From assembly GCA_045807725.1 (NCBI GenBank), contig JBJMGV010000116.1, positions 4,357-68,356 of the forward strand: DNA of 64,000 bases. The letters run 5' to 3'. This document shows positions 17,739 through 26,914 of this stretch, in pieces. The notes beneath the pieces were generated by a model. That model was not told the DNA's origin. It was given only the letters and a program-made list of their open reading frames with translations, and searched no databases. Position numbers and translations under genes: made by a program. How positions within the stretch are numbered: position 1 is the stretch's first letter; each line of letters begins with the position of its first letter. This DNA is from Blastocatellia bacterium. Its GTDB lineage: Bacteria; Acidobacteriota; Blastocatellia; UBA7656.

Positions 17739-20700
17739 TCAAGGCCGGCGGCCTTCACGCCGCCGGTTGGGCGTGAGCGCCGGCGCGGACTCGACCATCA
17801 CGCCGCCTGATTGCAGCGACGCGCTGCTGCTGCAATTCGAGCCGAGCGCGCTTGATGTCGCCGTATCGCTCGTCTCGCCATCGAAGATCGTCACTTCGAC
17901 CGTCGCTACGCTCTTGTTATCGTTCGCGCCGGTGAATCGTTGAGTCAGCGTGAAGCTCTGGCCCTGCTGTATGCCTTGCTGCTGCAAGATAGAGCCGAGA
18001 TTGTCCACCGTGATCGGCGCACCGACGTTGCGGCCCTGGCTGTCTTTGAACTGGTAGACGGCGCGGCTCAGATTCGTGTTCGAGTCATAAGCCGAAAACG
18101 TCACGACGAACTCATCGCCGTTCTTGCAGAGCGTGATGACCGGCGCGGCGCTCGGATCAGTCGGATTGATGAAGCGTATGGGCGGCTTGACCGCGCCAAG
18201 CACGGTGAGCGTCACCGGCGTCGTGTTGGTCGTGATCGTGAGCGTGTCTGTGATCGAAGCCGGCAACAGATCGCGCGGCCTCACCGTGCCGCCGGCAACA
18301 CGCGGGATGACCGGGTTGAAGCTCACCGTGAACGTCACCGATCCGCCTGCGGGAACACTCAACGCTTGTCCTATTGCTGGTGTGATCGTGAAAACACCGC
18401 TGTCGTCCGTCTGCCCGCCGCGCGTGAAGCCGGCGGATAACAGCGTGAGCGTTTGGCATCCGGTGTTGGTGATCGTGAAGGTACGGGTTGGCGGGTTAGC
18501 GACTGCCGCGCCGCGCGCCGCTTGGCGCTTGAACTTCAACTGCGTGACGCCGTCTTGTACGACCGCTTTTGCCGGCGACGTGGCGTTGGCCGTCAACTGC
18601 ACGGCGACCTGCGGGCGGCGCGGGTCGTCGGTCTGCAAGAGCAAGCAAGCGGTGAGCGTCCCGCAAGCCGTCGCGTTGACGGTCACGTTGACGGTCGTCG
18701 ACTGGCCGGGATTAATCACCGCCGTCGGGCAGTTCGCCACCGCAAAGCGTTCGCGGTTATCGCTCGTCGCATCGGGGCAGCGGCCTATCGTGCAGCCCGT
18801 CACCTTCAGCGGCGCGCCGCCGGGATTGTTGATCGTCACCGTCTTCGTGAGCGGTGTATTCAATGTTACATCGCCGAAAGCGAGCGTCGTCGGAACGTCA
18901 GCAATCGAATGCGGCAGCGGCGAATCGACCGTGTCAATCATCAACTCCGATGTATTGGCCGATTGATCCGCCGGGTTGCTGCCCGGCAGGTCGGTGACGG
19001 TCGCGGTGTAGACTCCTGTCGGGGATGGCGCAAGCCCCGTCGCCGCGAACTCGCCTTTATCATTGACCGCCGTCTGTCCGAGATAGCTCACGCCATCAAT
19101 GACGATGTGATCATTAACCAGATGGTAGCGAGTGACGGCGAATATCTCGACTGTCGCGCCGCCCGCCGGCGGGTTATCGAGGATGCCTCTGACCGTGACG
19201 GTATTGTCTTGCGCGGTGACGAGCATCGCGTCGGGGAAGTTCAACAGCGTGTTCGGGCCGTTGTCGCTGTCGTCATCATCATTCGCGGTCGGGCCGTCGC
19301 CGCCGAGATCGATCAAAGCTGCTGCCGGCGCGTCGGCGGCTGGCGTCGGGCGCGAGATGGCGTTCTGCGACAGCTTGTTCTGAACATCCGTGTCGCCGAG
19401 CACGACGATGCCGTTCGGGCTGCCGTCAATGACGTTCTGCTCGATGCGATTATGTCCGACAGCGTCTTGAGGACAACGCGCCGCGATGACGATACCGGCG
19501 TGCGTGAAATTTGTAATCTTCATTCCACGAACCGTCACGCGGTTCGAGCGGATGACGATGCCGTCGCTGATCTCTTTGCCGCCATCAATAGTAATCGAAG
19601 GCACACAATTATCATTCACAAGCGTGCAACCGTTAATCGTCACATCGGGCGCGGTGATCGCCGGCAGCGGCGACGACAGGCGAATCGTCTTGTCCTTCAA
19701 GCTCGCGGCGAAGGTAATGTTGGCCGCGCCGCCGTTGCAGTTGGCCTGCTCAATCGCCTGACGCAGCGACAGGCTGCCTTGCACGATGGCCGCGCCGGGC
19801 GCAGTGTCGGCTTCGCTGTTGACGACCGGCAGCAAGGCGGCAACCTGACCGCGCACGATCTTGCGAATCGTTTCCGCAAAATCACTTGCCTGCCGCGCGG
19901 CGTCGGGGTCCGTGGCGCTCGCGCCTTCGACGTTGCTGCTGCCGGCGGTGATGACAAAGCTCGCGCCCGGCAGATCATTCGCAGGCTTTGGCGTGACCAG
20001 CTCGTTGGCCGCGCCGAGCGCCGTCGAAAAGTCGGGCGATGGTTGACTCTCGCCCAGCACGATGAAGTCCAGCTCGAACGGAATGTTGGCCTGCACAGAG
20101 GCGACGCGCGCCGTTTCAACTTGCTTGATGGCCGCGCCGAGGTCGTTGGTCAAGCCGTCGCTCGACAGCACGAAGGCGCGCGTGACGCCCGGCTTCGGGT
20201 GTTCGTTGCGCACGCGGCTGACGTGTATGTCGGCGGCTTGTATGGCCGGCGCGTAGAAGGTCGCGCCGAACGGGCAAGGGAAGCGACGGCTGTGGATGTC
20301 GCTGCATTTCAGGCTCTCGACAACATCGGCGATCTGTTTGGCGACGGCTTCATCCGTCACGTCAGTGAGCGGCACGGCGACTGTCGCCGCTTCATTAAAG
20401 ACGATGACGGCGACTGCTACCGAGCCGTCGCGCGGGATGACGGTCGGGTCGCTGATGGCGCGGCGCACGCCTTCGACCTGTATGTTGTAAGTCTGGCCGC
20501 GTTGCTCGATGCTGCCCGTAGCGTCAATCAGAAAAGCGATGTCACGTTTCGGCTGCGTGTAGCAGCCCTCGCGCGGCGGCGCGGCACAATCATCCTGCGC
20601 CTTCTGCGTGCGCGGCAATAAGACCGGCGCAATGATGAGCAGCGCAATCGCCAGCGCGCGGACGATATGCTTACGATTGCCAAAGCGGGCCACCGCTTTG

Positions 20701-20744
20701 AATGATTGCTTGATGCCTGCCTGAAGACCTGCGAAATGAATCAT
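17739..20744 (-). CDS. Surface protein: vWA domain, CSLREA-like beta-helix, Ig-like (choice-of-anchor D/ASH-like) domains, shared C-terminal domain
   Basis: MIDAS 'FLIDATGS..GAT..SSDG'; 'LSLRQAIEQAN'; 'IDLGGDGPTAND..GPNTLLNFP'; 'LAFGDV..VTINNPG..L.V'. Confidence 0.82.
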   Translation of the reverse strand: MIHFAGLQAGIKQSFKAVARFGNRKHIVRALAIALLIIAPVLLPRTQKAQDDCAAPPREGCYTQPKRDIAFLIDATGSIEQRGQTYNIQVEGVRRAISDPTVIPRDGSVAVAVIVFNEAATVAVPLTDVTDEAVAKQIADVVESLKCSDIHSRRFPCPFGATFYAPAIQAADIHVSRVRNEHPKPGVTRAFVLSSDGLTNDLGAAIKQVETARVASVQANIPFELDFIVLGESQPSPDFSTALGAANELVTPKPANDLPGASFVITAGSSNVEGASATDPDAARQASDFAETIRKIVRGQVAALLPVVNSEADTAPGAAIVQGSLSLRQAIEQANCNGGAANITFAASLKDKTIRLSSPLPAITAPDVTINGCTLVNDNCVPSITIDGGKEISDGIVIRSNRVTVRGMKITNFTHAGIVIAARCPQDAVGHNRIEQNVIDGSPNGIVVLGDTDVQNKLSQNAISRPTPAADAPAAALIDLGGDGPTANDDDDSDNGPNTLLNFPDAMLVTAQDNTVTVRGILDNPPAGGATVEIFAVTRYHLVNDHIVIDGVSYLGQTAVNDKGEFAATGLAPSPTGVYTATVTDLPGSNPADQSANTSELMIDTVDSPLPHSIADVPTTLAFGDVTLNTPLTKTVTINNPGGAPLKVTGCTIGRCPDATSDNRERFAVANCPTAVINPGQSTTVNVTVNATACGTLTACLLLQTDDPRRPQVAVQLTANATSPAKAVVQDGVTQLKFKRQAARGAAVANPPTRTFTITNTGCQTLTLLSAGFTRGGQTDDSGVFTITPAIGQALSVPAGGSVTFTVSFNPVIPRVAGGTVRPRDLLPASITDTLTITTNTTPVTLTVLGAVKPPIRFINPTDPSAAPVITLCKNGDEFVVTFSAYDSNTNLSRAVYQFKDSQGRNVGAPITVDNLGSILQQQGIQQGQSFTLTQRFTGANDNKSVATVEVTIFDGETSDTATSSALGSNCSSSASLQSGGVMVESAPALTPNRRREGRRP

Positions 20745-20927
20745 ACCCAACCTTTCCCGCTCTCTGATTCAGAAAGCCTTATGGATTGCCCTTTGAAGCT
20801 ACCCAGCTTGTTCGTTTTTATCGTTCATCAACTCGCGCAGGGCGTGAGACGCCAACCGCATTGAGGAGCCTGCGCGCTAGTGGCTCTAAGTATCTAGTTT
20901 GTCTTCGCGGAAGGCAAGCGGCATCAG

Positions 20928-22076
20928 TCATTTCGTCGTTGCGTCGCGCAGTTCGATGAGCAGGTTGCCAGTCGCGGCTTTAATCTCGATGTCGCTCGAA
21001 TAGGCGACGTGACCGAGCGCCCTGGCTTTGAGCGTGTAACGGCCCGGCGGCACTTGTTTGTTCAACTCGAATTCGCCATCGGCGTTGGCCGACCCCCAGG
21101 CCAGCAGGTTCTCTTCCGTGACTCGCTCGCTGCCGAGCGGCAAGAGGCCGACGAGCGTGCCGGCGATGGGCCTGCCTGTGGCGAGCGAGCGCACCGTACC
21201 GCGCACAATGACTGTCGCTTGTGTAATCGTAGTCACGCTTTTTTGCAGAGTGCGCTGCGCCGCCGCTGCATCAACTTGCGCCAGCATCGCGGCCACTAAA
21301 TGAGCCGGGCGCAGGAAGCCGACCGCGCCATAGGTGCGGCGCGCGTCGGGGAAGCCGTCGCCATCTTTATCTATAGCCTGATCGTCGGCTTCGACTTTGG
21401 TGGGGATGCCGATGAGCTTGCCTTCGCGGTTGACCGCCGCGCCGCCGCTGTTGCCGTGAATGACGCGGGCGTCGGTCTTGATCCAGTTGCCGAGAATATC
21501 GCGCCCTTCGATGACGCCGGTGCTGAGCGTGACACTAGAGCCGCCCTTTTCGGGATAGCCGATGATGACCAGATCGTCGAGCAGGCGAACGGCTTGCGAG
21601 TCGCCGATTTCAAGCGCGGGCAAGGGCGGCGCGTTGGCCGCCGGATGGACAGCCCGTATGCGCAAGAGGGCGAGGTCTTGCTGGCGGCTGACGACGAGCG
21701 GCTCAAGTCGGAATTGCGGCTTACCGCTCGTCGCCGCTTCGTCGCCGAGCGCGAGATAAAGTTCATCGAAGACTCGTTGATTGGCGCTGTCGCTGATGAC
21801 GTGAAAGTTGGTGGCGAGGATGCCATCACTGCGCACGATGACGCCTGAGCCGCGCGGGCGCGGAATCGGGTTGTCGCTGCCATTTCGCACAAAGATCAAG
21901 CCCACCGCTTCAACGGCGCGGCGCACGCGATCACGCGCGGACTGCGTCAAAGGCGCATTGCGGCGCGGCGCGTTCGGCGCGGACTGTCTTTGACTGAATG
22001 CGAGTGAGGCGAGCAAGACGACGAAGAAAGCGGCCAGCGCAATCAGGGAAGCGGATTTTGTAGAGAGCCTGAACAT
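20928..22076 (-). CDS. Exported trypsin-like serine protease with C-terminal carboxypeptidase-regulatory-like domain
   Basis: Triad 'ATNFHV','QDLALL','HGNSGG'; signal peptide; no PDZ domain. Confidence 0.9.
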   Translation of the reverse strand: MFRLSTKSASLIALAAFFVVLLASLAFSQRQSAPNAPRRNAPLTQSARDRVRRAVEAVGLIFVRNGSDNPIPRPRGSGVIVRSDGILATNFHVISDSANQRVFDELYLALGDEAATSGKPQFRLEPLVVSRQQDLALLRIRAVHPAANAPPLPALEIGDSQAVRLLDDLVIIGYPEKGGSSVTLSTGVIEGRDILGNWIKTDARVIHGNSGGAAVNREGKLIGIPTKVEADDQAIDKDGDGFPDARRTYGAVGFLRPAHLVAAMLAQVDAAAAQRTLQKSVTTITQATVIVRGTVRSLATGRPIAGTLVGLLPLGSERVTEENLLAWGSANADGEFELNKQVPPGRYTLKARALGHVAYSSDIEIKAATGNLLIELRDATTK

Positions 22077-22117
22077 GGCGCGATGATTAAACGGTAATGG
22101 CGCAGCAAACACATAGG

Positions 22118-22262
22118 AGTCCCGTCAGGGACGAAATGTTTATAGCCACCGCTGCCAAAGTGACGAAGCCCCGTCGGGGCGCAATGTCAACATCTCGCTC
22201 CTGACGGAGCTTGAGAATCTAATCGTCTCGTTGACTATAAACATTGCGCTCCTGACGGAGCT
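22118..22262. repeat. Four-hairpin REP/REPIN-like element (hairpin-ATGTTTATAG ... CTATAAACAT-hairpin)
   Basis: GTCCCGTCAGGGAC, GCCCCGTCGGGGC, 2x GCTCCTGACGGAGC; same layout at 49891-50035. Confidence 0.85.
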
Positions 22263-22302
22263 TTCTATTAGCCGACGATCAAATCCTGAATCCCGCCCTC
22301 GG

Positions 22303-23775
22303 CTAATTGTGATTCAAGCGAATCTCGAAGACGGCGAAGTTGCCCTGTTCGAGCTTGCCGCTGCCTTTGTCGGACGTGTTTTCGATGGCGACGTAGGCGC
22401 TGCCTTTGTTGCCCTGTGCCAGTCGAATGCCGCGTGCGCGGAGGCCGCTCGACGGCGCGTCCGGCACAACGGCGACAAGGTTGTTGACTTCGATGCCGCC
22501 CTTCTGTTGTTTGGCGGCGACGGCGGCCAACTCTGCCGCCGCGCTCGCCGCCGAAGTGCTCAGGACACAGGGAGTCTCGCGGCAATCGCCCTTGATGGCA
22601 TTGTCCAGAAAATCGATGCGCTGGCGCGACATAATGACCTGCAAAACTTCTGTGCCTTTTTCTGCGTCGAATTCAACGGCCTGTGTTTTGATTTGACCGG
22701 AAACTAACAGATTCTGGCCCGTTGCCCGCGCATACGGAAAGATAATCCGCTTCTCGCCCTTTGGCGTGATGTTGACCATATAAACATAGCCGTTGAAGTT
22801 GCTCTCGTAACGCACCTGCACTTCCTCGCCTTCCTTAAAGACATCCGCCGGATCAACCTGCTTGCCATCCTTCATAAAAGTGACGAGCATCGCGTCATTG
22901 CGCTTTTTGATGAAGAGTGCGCGAGCGCGCGTAGTATCGTTTTCACCGGCTTCTGCCGGGTGGCGCAGCTCAATCGTGTCGATCAGTTCTTCGTTGTCCT
23001 TGCGGTTGGTATTCTGGATGTAGATGCCGTCTTCGGCGGTCGTGCGCTCAGTCTTGAAGCCGATCTTACGGGTGCGTGCGACGCTTTGCTTATTGGCATT
23101 CTTCTCCTGATTGAGCAACTCGAAGGTCTTGGCCAGCACGGCGTCTTTGGCGTTGTTGACCACGTCCGCTTCGTCCAGGTGGCTGGGCAGATCGGCGATC
23201 TCGTCGCGGCTGAAGATGACCGTGAAAAAGTCGCGCCCGGCGGGCGGCGTGATCTCCCACCAGCAATCGTCGGGAGTGTCGAACTCCGGGCAGAACTTCG
23301 GTACGACGAACTCCTGATTCTTCGCCACTTCGTTCTTGCCGTTGTTGACGCGCGGGCTGGGGAAGATGACGTGCGGCTGGTCGATGATGTTGTTGCTGTT
23401 GTCTACGCTGTGATGAATGACGTAGAGATAACCGCGCTGGTTGGCCTTCAGAGAGAGGCGGAACTTGTTGCCGATGCCGAAGTCCTCCTTCTCCGCGTCC
23501 ACCGTCCTCGCGCCGCCGCCGTCAGTGCGCTGGAGCAGTTTGTAATTGACCGTCAGCAGCGGCGCGAGTTCTTCACCTTTACTATCGGCTTTCGGTCGCG
23601 CGGCGGTGCGAACGCGCCCGGCCTTGGGTTTGGCCGGCTGCTTGATCTTCACCGGCTCGTCCCAGAAATAACTGCCGCTGTCGGCGGCGACCGGCGCGAC
23701 GTTAAAGAACGGTGAGGCGAGCGAACCGCAGATTAAGAACGTGACCAATGTGATGCTGAATAGTTTGGCAGGCAT
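22303..23775 (-). CDS. Exported protein with two DUF4384 domains
   Basis: 'G.KFRLSLKANQRGYLYV..IFPS' and 'FKEGEEVQVRYESNFNGYVYMVN..IFP'; signal peptide; GGAGA RBS. Confidence 0.8.
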   Translation of the reverse strand: MPAKLFSITLVTFLICGSLASPFFNVAPVAADSGSYFWDEPVKIKQPAKPKAGRVRTAARPKADSKGEELAPLLTVNYKLLQRTDGGGARTVDAEKEDFGIGNKFRLSLKANQRGYLYVIHHSVDNSNNIIDQPHVIFPSPRVNNGKNEVAKNQEFVVPKFCPEFDTPDDCWWEITPPAGRDFFTVIFSRDEIADLPSHLDEADVVNNAKDAVLAKTFELLNQEKNANKQSVARTRKIGFKTERTTAEDGIYIQNTNRKDNEELIDTIELRHPAEAGENDTTRARALFIKKRNDAMLVTFMKDGKQVDPADVFKEGEEVQVRYESNFNGYVYMVNITPKGEKRIIFPYARATGQNLLVSGQIKTQAVEFDAEKGTEVLQVIMSRQRIDFLDNAIKGDCRETPCVLSTSAASAAAELAAVAAKQQKGGIEVNNLVAVVPDAPSSGLRARGIRLAQGNKGSAYVAIENTSDKGSGKLEQGNFAVFEIRLNHN

Positions 23776-23787
23776 AGATTTCTCCAA

Positions 23788-26145
23788 TCATGGTTTGCTA
23801 CGAGCGCGCAAATAGTCCTGGATTCTGGCATCGTCGGCAGAGATAGCACAGCGTATGCTGACGAGCATCCGGGGCAGTCTTTCTTTAGGAATTTCGAAAG
23901 GCACGCTTCCCCTGAACGTTGTGCGGGCTTCATCAATCGGCGAATGCATTGAAGCGCCGCGTATGATGCGAGACTTGCCATAGTTTTCATTCGCAATGGG
24001 ATTACCCTCGTAAGGAGAGAACGTACCGTCTACCCATTCGCCCGCATTGCCGCCCATATCAAACACGCCGTAAGGGCTGACATCGCCGGCATAGGTTCCA
24101 CCAGCGGAGAGTCGCGGCTCTTGAGAACGACCTATGTTCGCACTGCCGGCGTTCTGCTGATCGCCCCACGGGTAGACGCGTTTCTTTCCGGTCTTGGCAT
24201 CCCACGATGCCGCCTTCTCCCACTCGGCTTCATTTGGCAGGCGCTTGCCGGCCCACCTGGCAAAGTCAACAGCGTCGTCATAGGTGACGGCAATAATCGG
24301 CAGCTTCTGATACTGCGTTACGTAGTTTGGATCAACTGCTGTAAGCGGATACTTGCCGCCACGCTCGGCGTCACAGAAGCGTTTATATTGCTCGTTAGTG
24401 ACTTCGTACTTATCAATATAATAGGCCGGCAGCTTCACCTTGTGGGCGGGCCTCTCATCATCCGGCCCGCTGTCGCTGCCCATAATGAATTCGCCTTCCG
24501 GCACCAGCACCATCTTGCTGTTGTTGTAATCGATCTCCAGCGGCAGCATCAAAGCTTCGATGGCTTGCTCGTCGCCTTTGTTGCCTGTCACCGACTTGGT
24601 GAAATCTAAAAAGCCATCCTTGCTCACCTTAATTAACGCCTGGCCGGGCGTAATGTCGGCTACTTTTAACGTGCCGTCCGCGCCGACCGTGCCGCGACTC
24701 GCATCATTGATGAAGACCTGCGCGCCCGGCGGCGCGTTCTTGAATGTCAGCGTCAGCCCGTTGCTGCCGCGCGGCATCAACAGGAAAGCCGCGACGCCGG
24801 CGATGACGACAAGCGCGGCGATCACGGCGATCATTGCTAAGGGCCGGCGGCGCGATACCTCGGTCGTGACTACTTTTTGGCTGGACTGCGTTGCCGGCGG
24901 ATTGAATGGCTCGGTCAGTCCGAGCGGCGGCGGCAGGCTTGAGGCGACCTGCTCGGTGCCGGGCAGCGGCGGCAGCGAGTTGGCGGTCTGCGGTTGCGTC
25001 TGGTAGCTCTCCGGCGACTGCGTCATCGGCTTAGTGCCCGGCCCGCTCTGCACAGTCGAGCCGGCATCCATAACCATCGTCGCGTCGTGACCGGCGGGCG
25101 CGGCGGTGTCGGCTTCGGTCGTGTTGCCCGTCGCCCAGATCATCGTCTTGCCGTCGGTCGCCTGTTCATTGATGCGGCGAGTTGTGCCCTTGCCGAGCAA
25201 GCCCGTGCCGCCGTGCGCCGCGCTGCCGAGCGCTTCGGCAAAATCCATCACATCGGCGACGCGGTCGTCCGGTTCACGCGCCAGTCCCTGCATCACGACG
25301 CGTTCGACGCTTTCGCTGACCTGTGGCGCAATCGAGCGCAGCGGAACCGGCGCGCCGGTGATGCGCTTCATCATTACCGCCTGCTGGTTGTCGCCGACAA
25401 ACGGCAGCTTGCCGCTCAACATTTCATACACGATGATGGCGAGGCTGTAGATGTCCGAGCGCCCATCGAGTTTGTCGCCGAGTAATTGTTCGGGCGACAT
25501 ATAGACCGGCGTGCCGAGGACGAAGCCGGTCTTCGTCAGGTGATCGGCGCTGTCATCGGCGACTGTCTTGGCAATGCCGAAGTCGAGGACTTTGACGTAA
25601 TCGTTATCGCCGCCCTTGCGCGTGATCATCACGTTATCGGGCTTGAGGTCGCGGTGAACGATGCCGAGCGCGTGCGCTGCCAAGAGCGCTTCGGCGATCT
25701 GGCCGGTGATGTGGACGACGCGGTCAATCGGCAGCATGCGGTGTTCGGAGATGAGCTTCGACAGCGGTCGCCCGTCGATGAACTCCATCGCCAGAAAGAG
25801 CAATCCATTCTCGGCCTCGCCGAAATCATAAATCGTCACCGCGTGTGGATTGTCGATGCGGCTGGCCATCTTGGCTTCGCGCTTGAAGCGAGCCAGCGCC
25901 TCGTCGCGCCCCGAAGTGATGGGCGCGAGCAGCTTGATGGCAGCCGTGCGGCCCATCTCGGTGTGCATCGCCAGATAGATCGCGCCCATGCCGCCTTCGC
26001 CGATCTTTCGGGTCAAGCGATAGCGATTATCGAGCAGGCGGCCAAGCATCGGGTCGCCCGTATCATCGATCAACTCCGTGTGGTCGGTCGGGCAAACAAG
26101 ATAGCGATCATCATAAGTTTGACTGCACTGTGGACACTTCTTCAT
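23788..26145 (-). CDS. Hanks-type Ser/Thr kinase with zinc ribbon, TM helix, PEGA and FGE-sulfatase (SUMF1) domain
   Basis: 'CPQC..CPTD'; 'IGEGGMG','HRDLKPDN','DFG','GTPVYMSPE'; 'FIMGS','EVTNEQY','RLPNEAEWEKAA','DMGGNAGEW'. Confidence 0.95.
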   Translation of the reverse strand: MKKCPQCSQTYDDRYLVCPTDHTELIDDTGDPMLGRLLDNRYRLTRKIGEGGMGAIYLAMHTEMGRTAAIKLLAPITSGRDEALARFKREAKMASRIDNPHAVTIYDFGEAENGLLFLAMEFIDGRPLSKLISEHRMLPIDRVVHITGQIAEALLAAHALGIVHRDLKPDNVMITRKGGDNDYVKVLDFGIAKTVADDSADHLTKTGFVLGTPVYMSPEQLLGDKLDGRSDIYSLAIIVYEMLSGKLPFVGDNQQAVMMKRITGAPVPLRSIAPQVSESVERVVMQGLAREPDDRVADVMDFAEALGSAAHGGTGLLGKGTTRRINEQATDGKTMIWATGNTTEADTAAPAGHDATMVMDAGSTVQSGPGTKPMTQSPESYQTQPQTANSLPPLPGTEQVASSLPPPLGLTEPFNPPATQSSQKVVTTEVSRRRPLAMIAVIAALVVIAGVAAFLLMPRGSNGLTLTFKNAPPGAQVFINDASRGTVGADGTLKVADITPGQALIKVSKDGFLDFTKSVTGNKGDEQAIEALMLPLEIDYNNSKMVLVPEGEFIMGSDSGPDDERPAHKVKLPAYYIDKYEVTNEQYKRFCDAERGGKYPLTAVDPNYVTQYQKLPIIAVTYDDAVDFARWAGKRLPNEAEWEKAASWDAKTGKKRVYPWGDQQNAGSANIGRSQEPRLSAGGTYAGDVSPYGVFDMGGNAGEWVDGTFSPYEGNPIANENYGKSRIIRGASMHSPIDEARTTFRGSVPFEIPKERLPRMLVSIRCAISADDARIQDYLRARSKP

Positions 26146-26156
26146 GGCTGAGTGGC

Positions 26157-26185
26157 AAGCTATACCAGCGCATGGCCTTTGTCAA
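26157..26185 (-). promoter_or_regulatory. Sigma70-type promoter for the kinase-led cluster (very short leader)
   Basis: TTGACA-17 nt-TAGCTT on the minus strand, ending 11 nt before ATG 26145. Confidence 0.6.
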
Positions 26186-26321
26186 GATTATGGCCTTTAC
26201 GCCTCTTGCGGTTCGGCGGTGAAGGGCGTTGCGCTGGCGAGGCAACCGGCGTATTCTGTCCGCGCTCGATGTCAGAGCGCCGTTTGCTATCGAAGAAGAA
26301 CTTCTATTTTTAACAAGAGCG

Positions 26322-26897
26322 ATGATTGTTCAGGCAGGAAAAGCAACGCTGTTACTTGTGGGCTTGATGCTCCCTTTGTGGGTGGCGACGCGGTTTGCCA
26401 TAAGCGTCTACAGGCGAAGGCGCGGGCGACAAACCTCCACGAGCAGAGAGTTGCTCCTGGCTTCTCTGTTTCTTTATCTGGTCTTCCTTGCCGCCGTGAC
26501 CATCGTGCCCTTACCGATGTCGAGGTCCAGAATCCCACGCGCAGACGATATCAATCTTGTCCCCATTCTTCCCCTGCTAAGATGCTTTCAGTTGCAACCA
26601 TCCGGGATTCCCGAAAGCCGCAGGTTCTGTATACAAAACCTGCTGGGCAACATCGTCCTCTTTCTCCCGCTCGGCATCCTGCTGCCTCTGGTGTTTCAGC
26701 GAATCAACTCTTTGCAAAGAGTTCTCATCGTCGCGGCGGTCGCTTCTTGTGGGATTGAATTGACGCAATTCGTATCGAGACAATTCGGCAGTTATCGCTA
26801 TGTCGATATTAATGACGTAATCTTAAATACGCTTGGAGCGTGCCTGAGCTTTGCCTGCTTTGCCATCGTGCGCCACTATGCCTGCGCCGAAAGATGA
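26322..26897 (+). CDS. VanZ family membrane protein
   Basis: 'INLVP','NLLGNIVLFLPLG','GIELTQ','DINDVILNTLG'. Confidence 0.88.
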   Translation: MIVQAGKATLLLVGLMLPLWVATRFAISVYRRRRGRQTSTSRELLLASLFLYLVFLAAVTIVPLPMSRSRIPRADDINLVPILPLLRCFQLQPSGIPESRRFCIQNLLGNIVLFLPLGILLPLVFQRINSLQRVLIVAAVASCGIELTQFVSRQFGSYRYVDINDVILNTLGACLSFACFAIVRHYACAER

Positions 26898-26914
26898 CAC
26901 GTGGTCGCGTCGCC

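Noticed and set aside
18453-20621. 722-aa plus-strand ORF (and similar long ORFs such as 3310-4347, 14750-15598, 34776-35765, 38295-39278)
   Set aside because: Antisense or off-frame shadows of well-supported genes; expected in high-GC DNA; no domain motifs.
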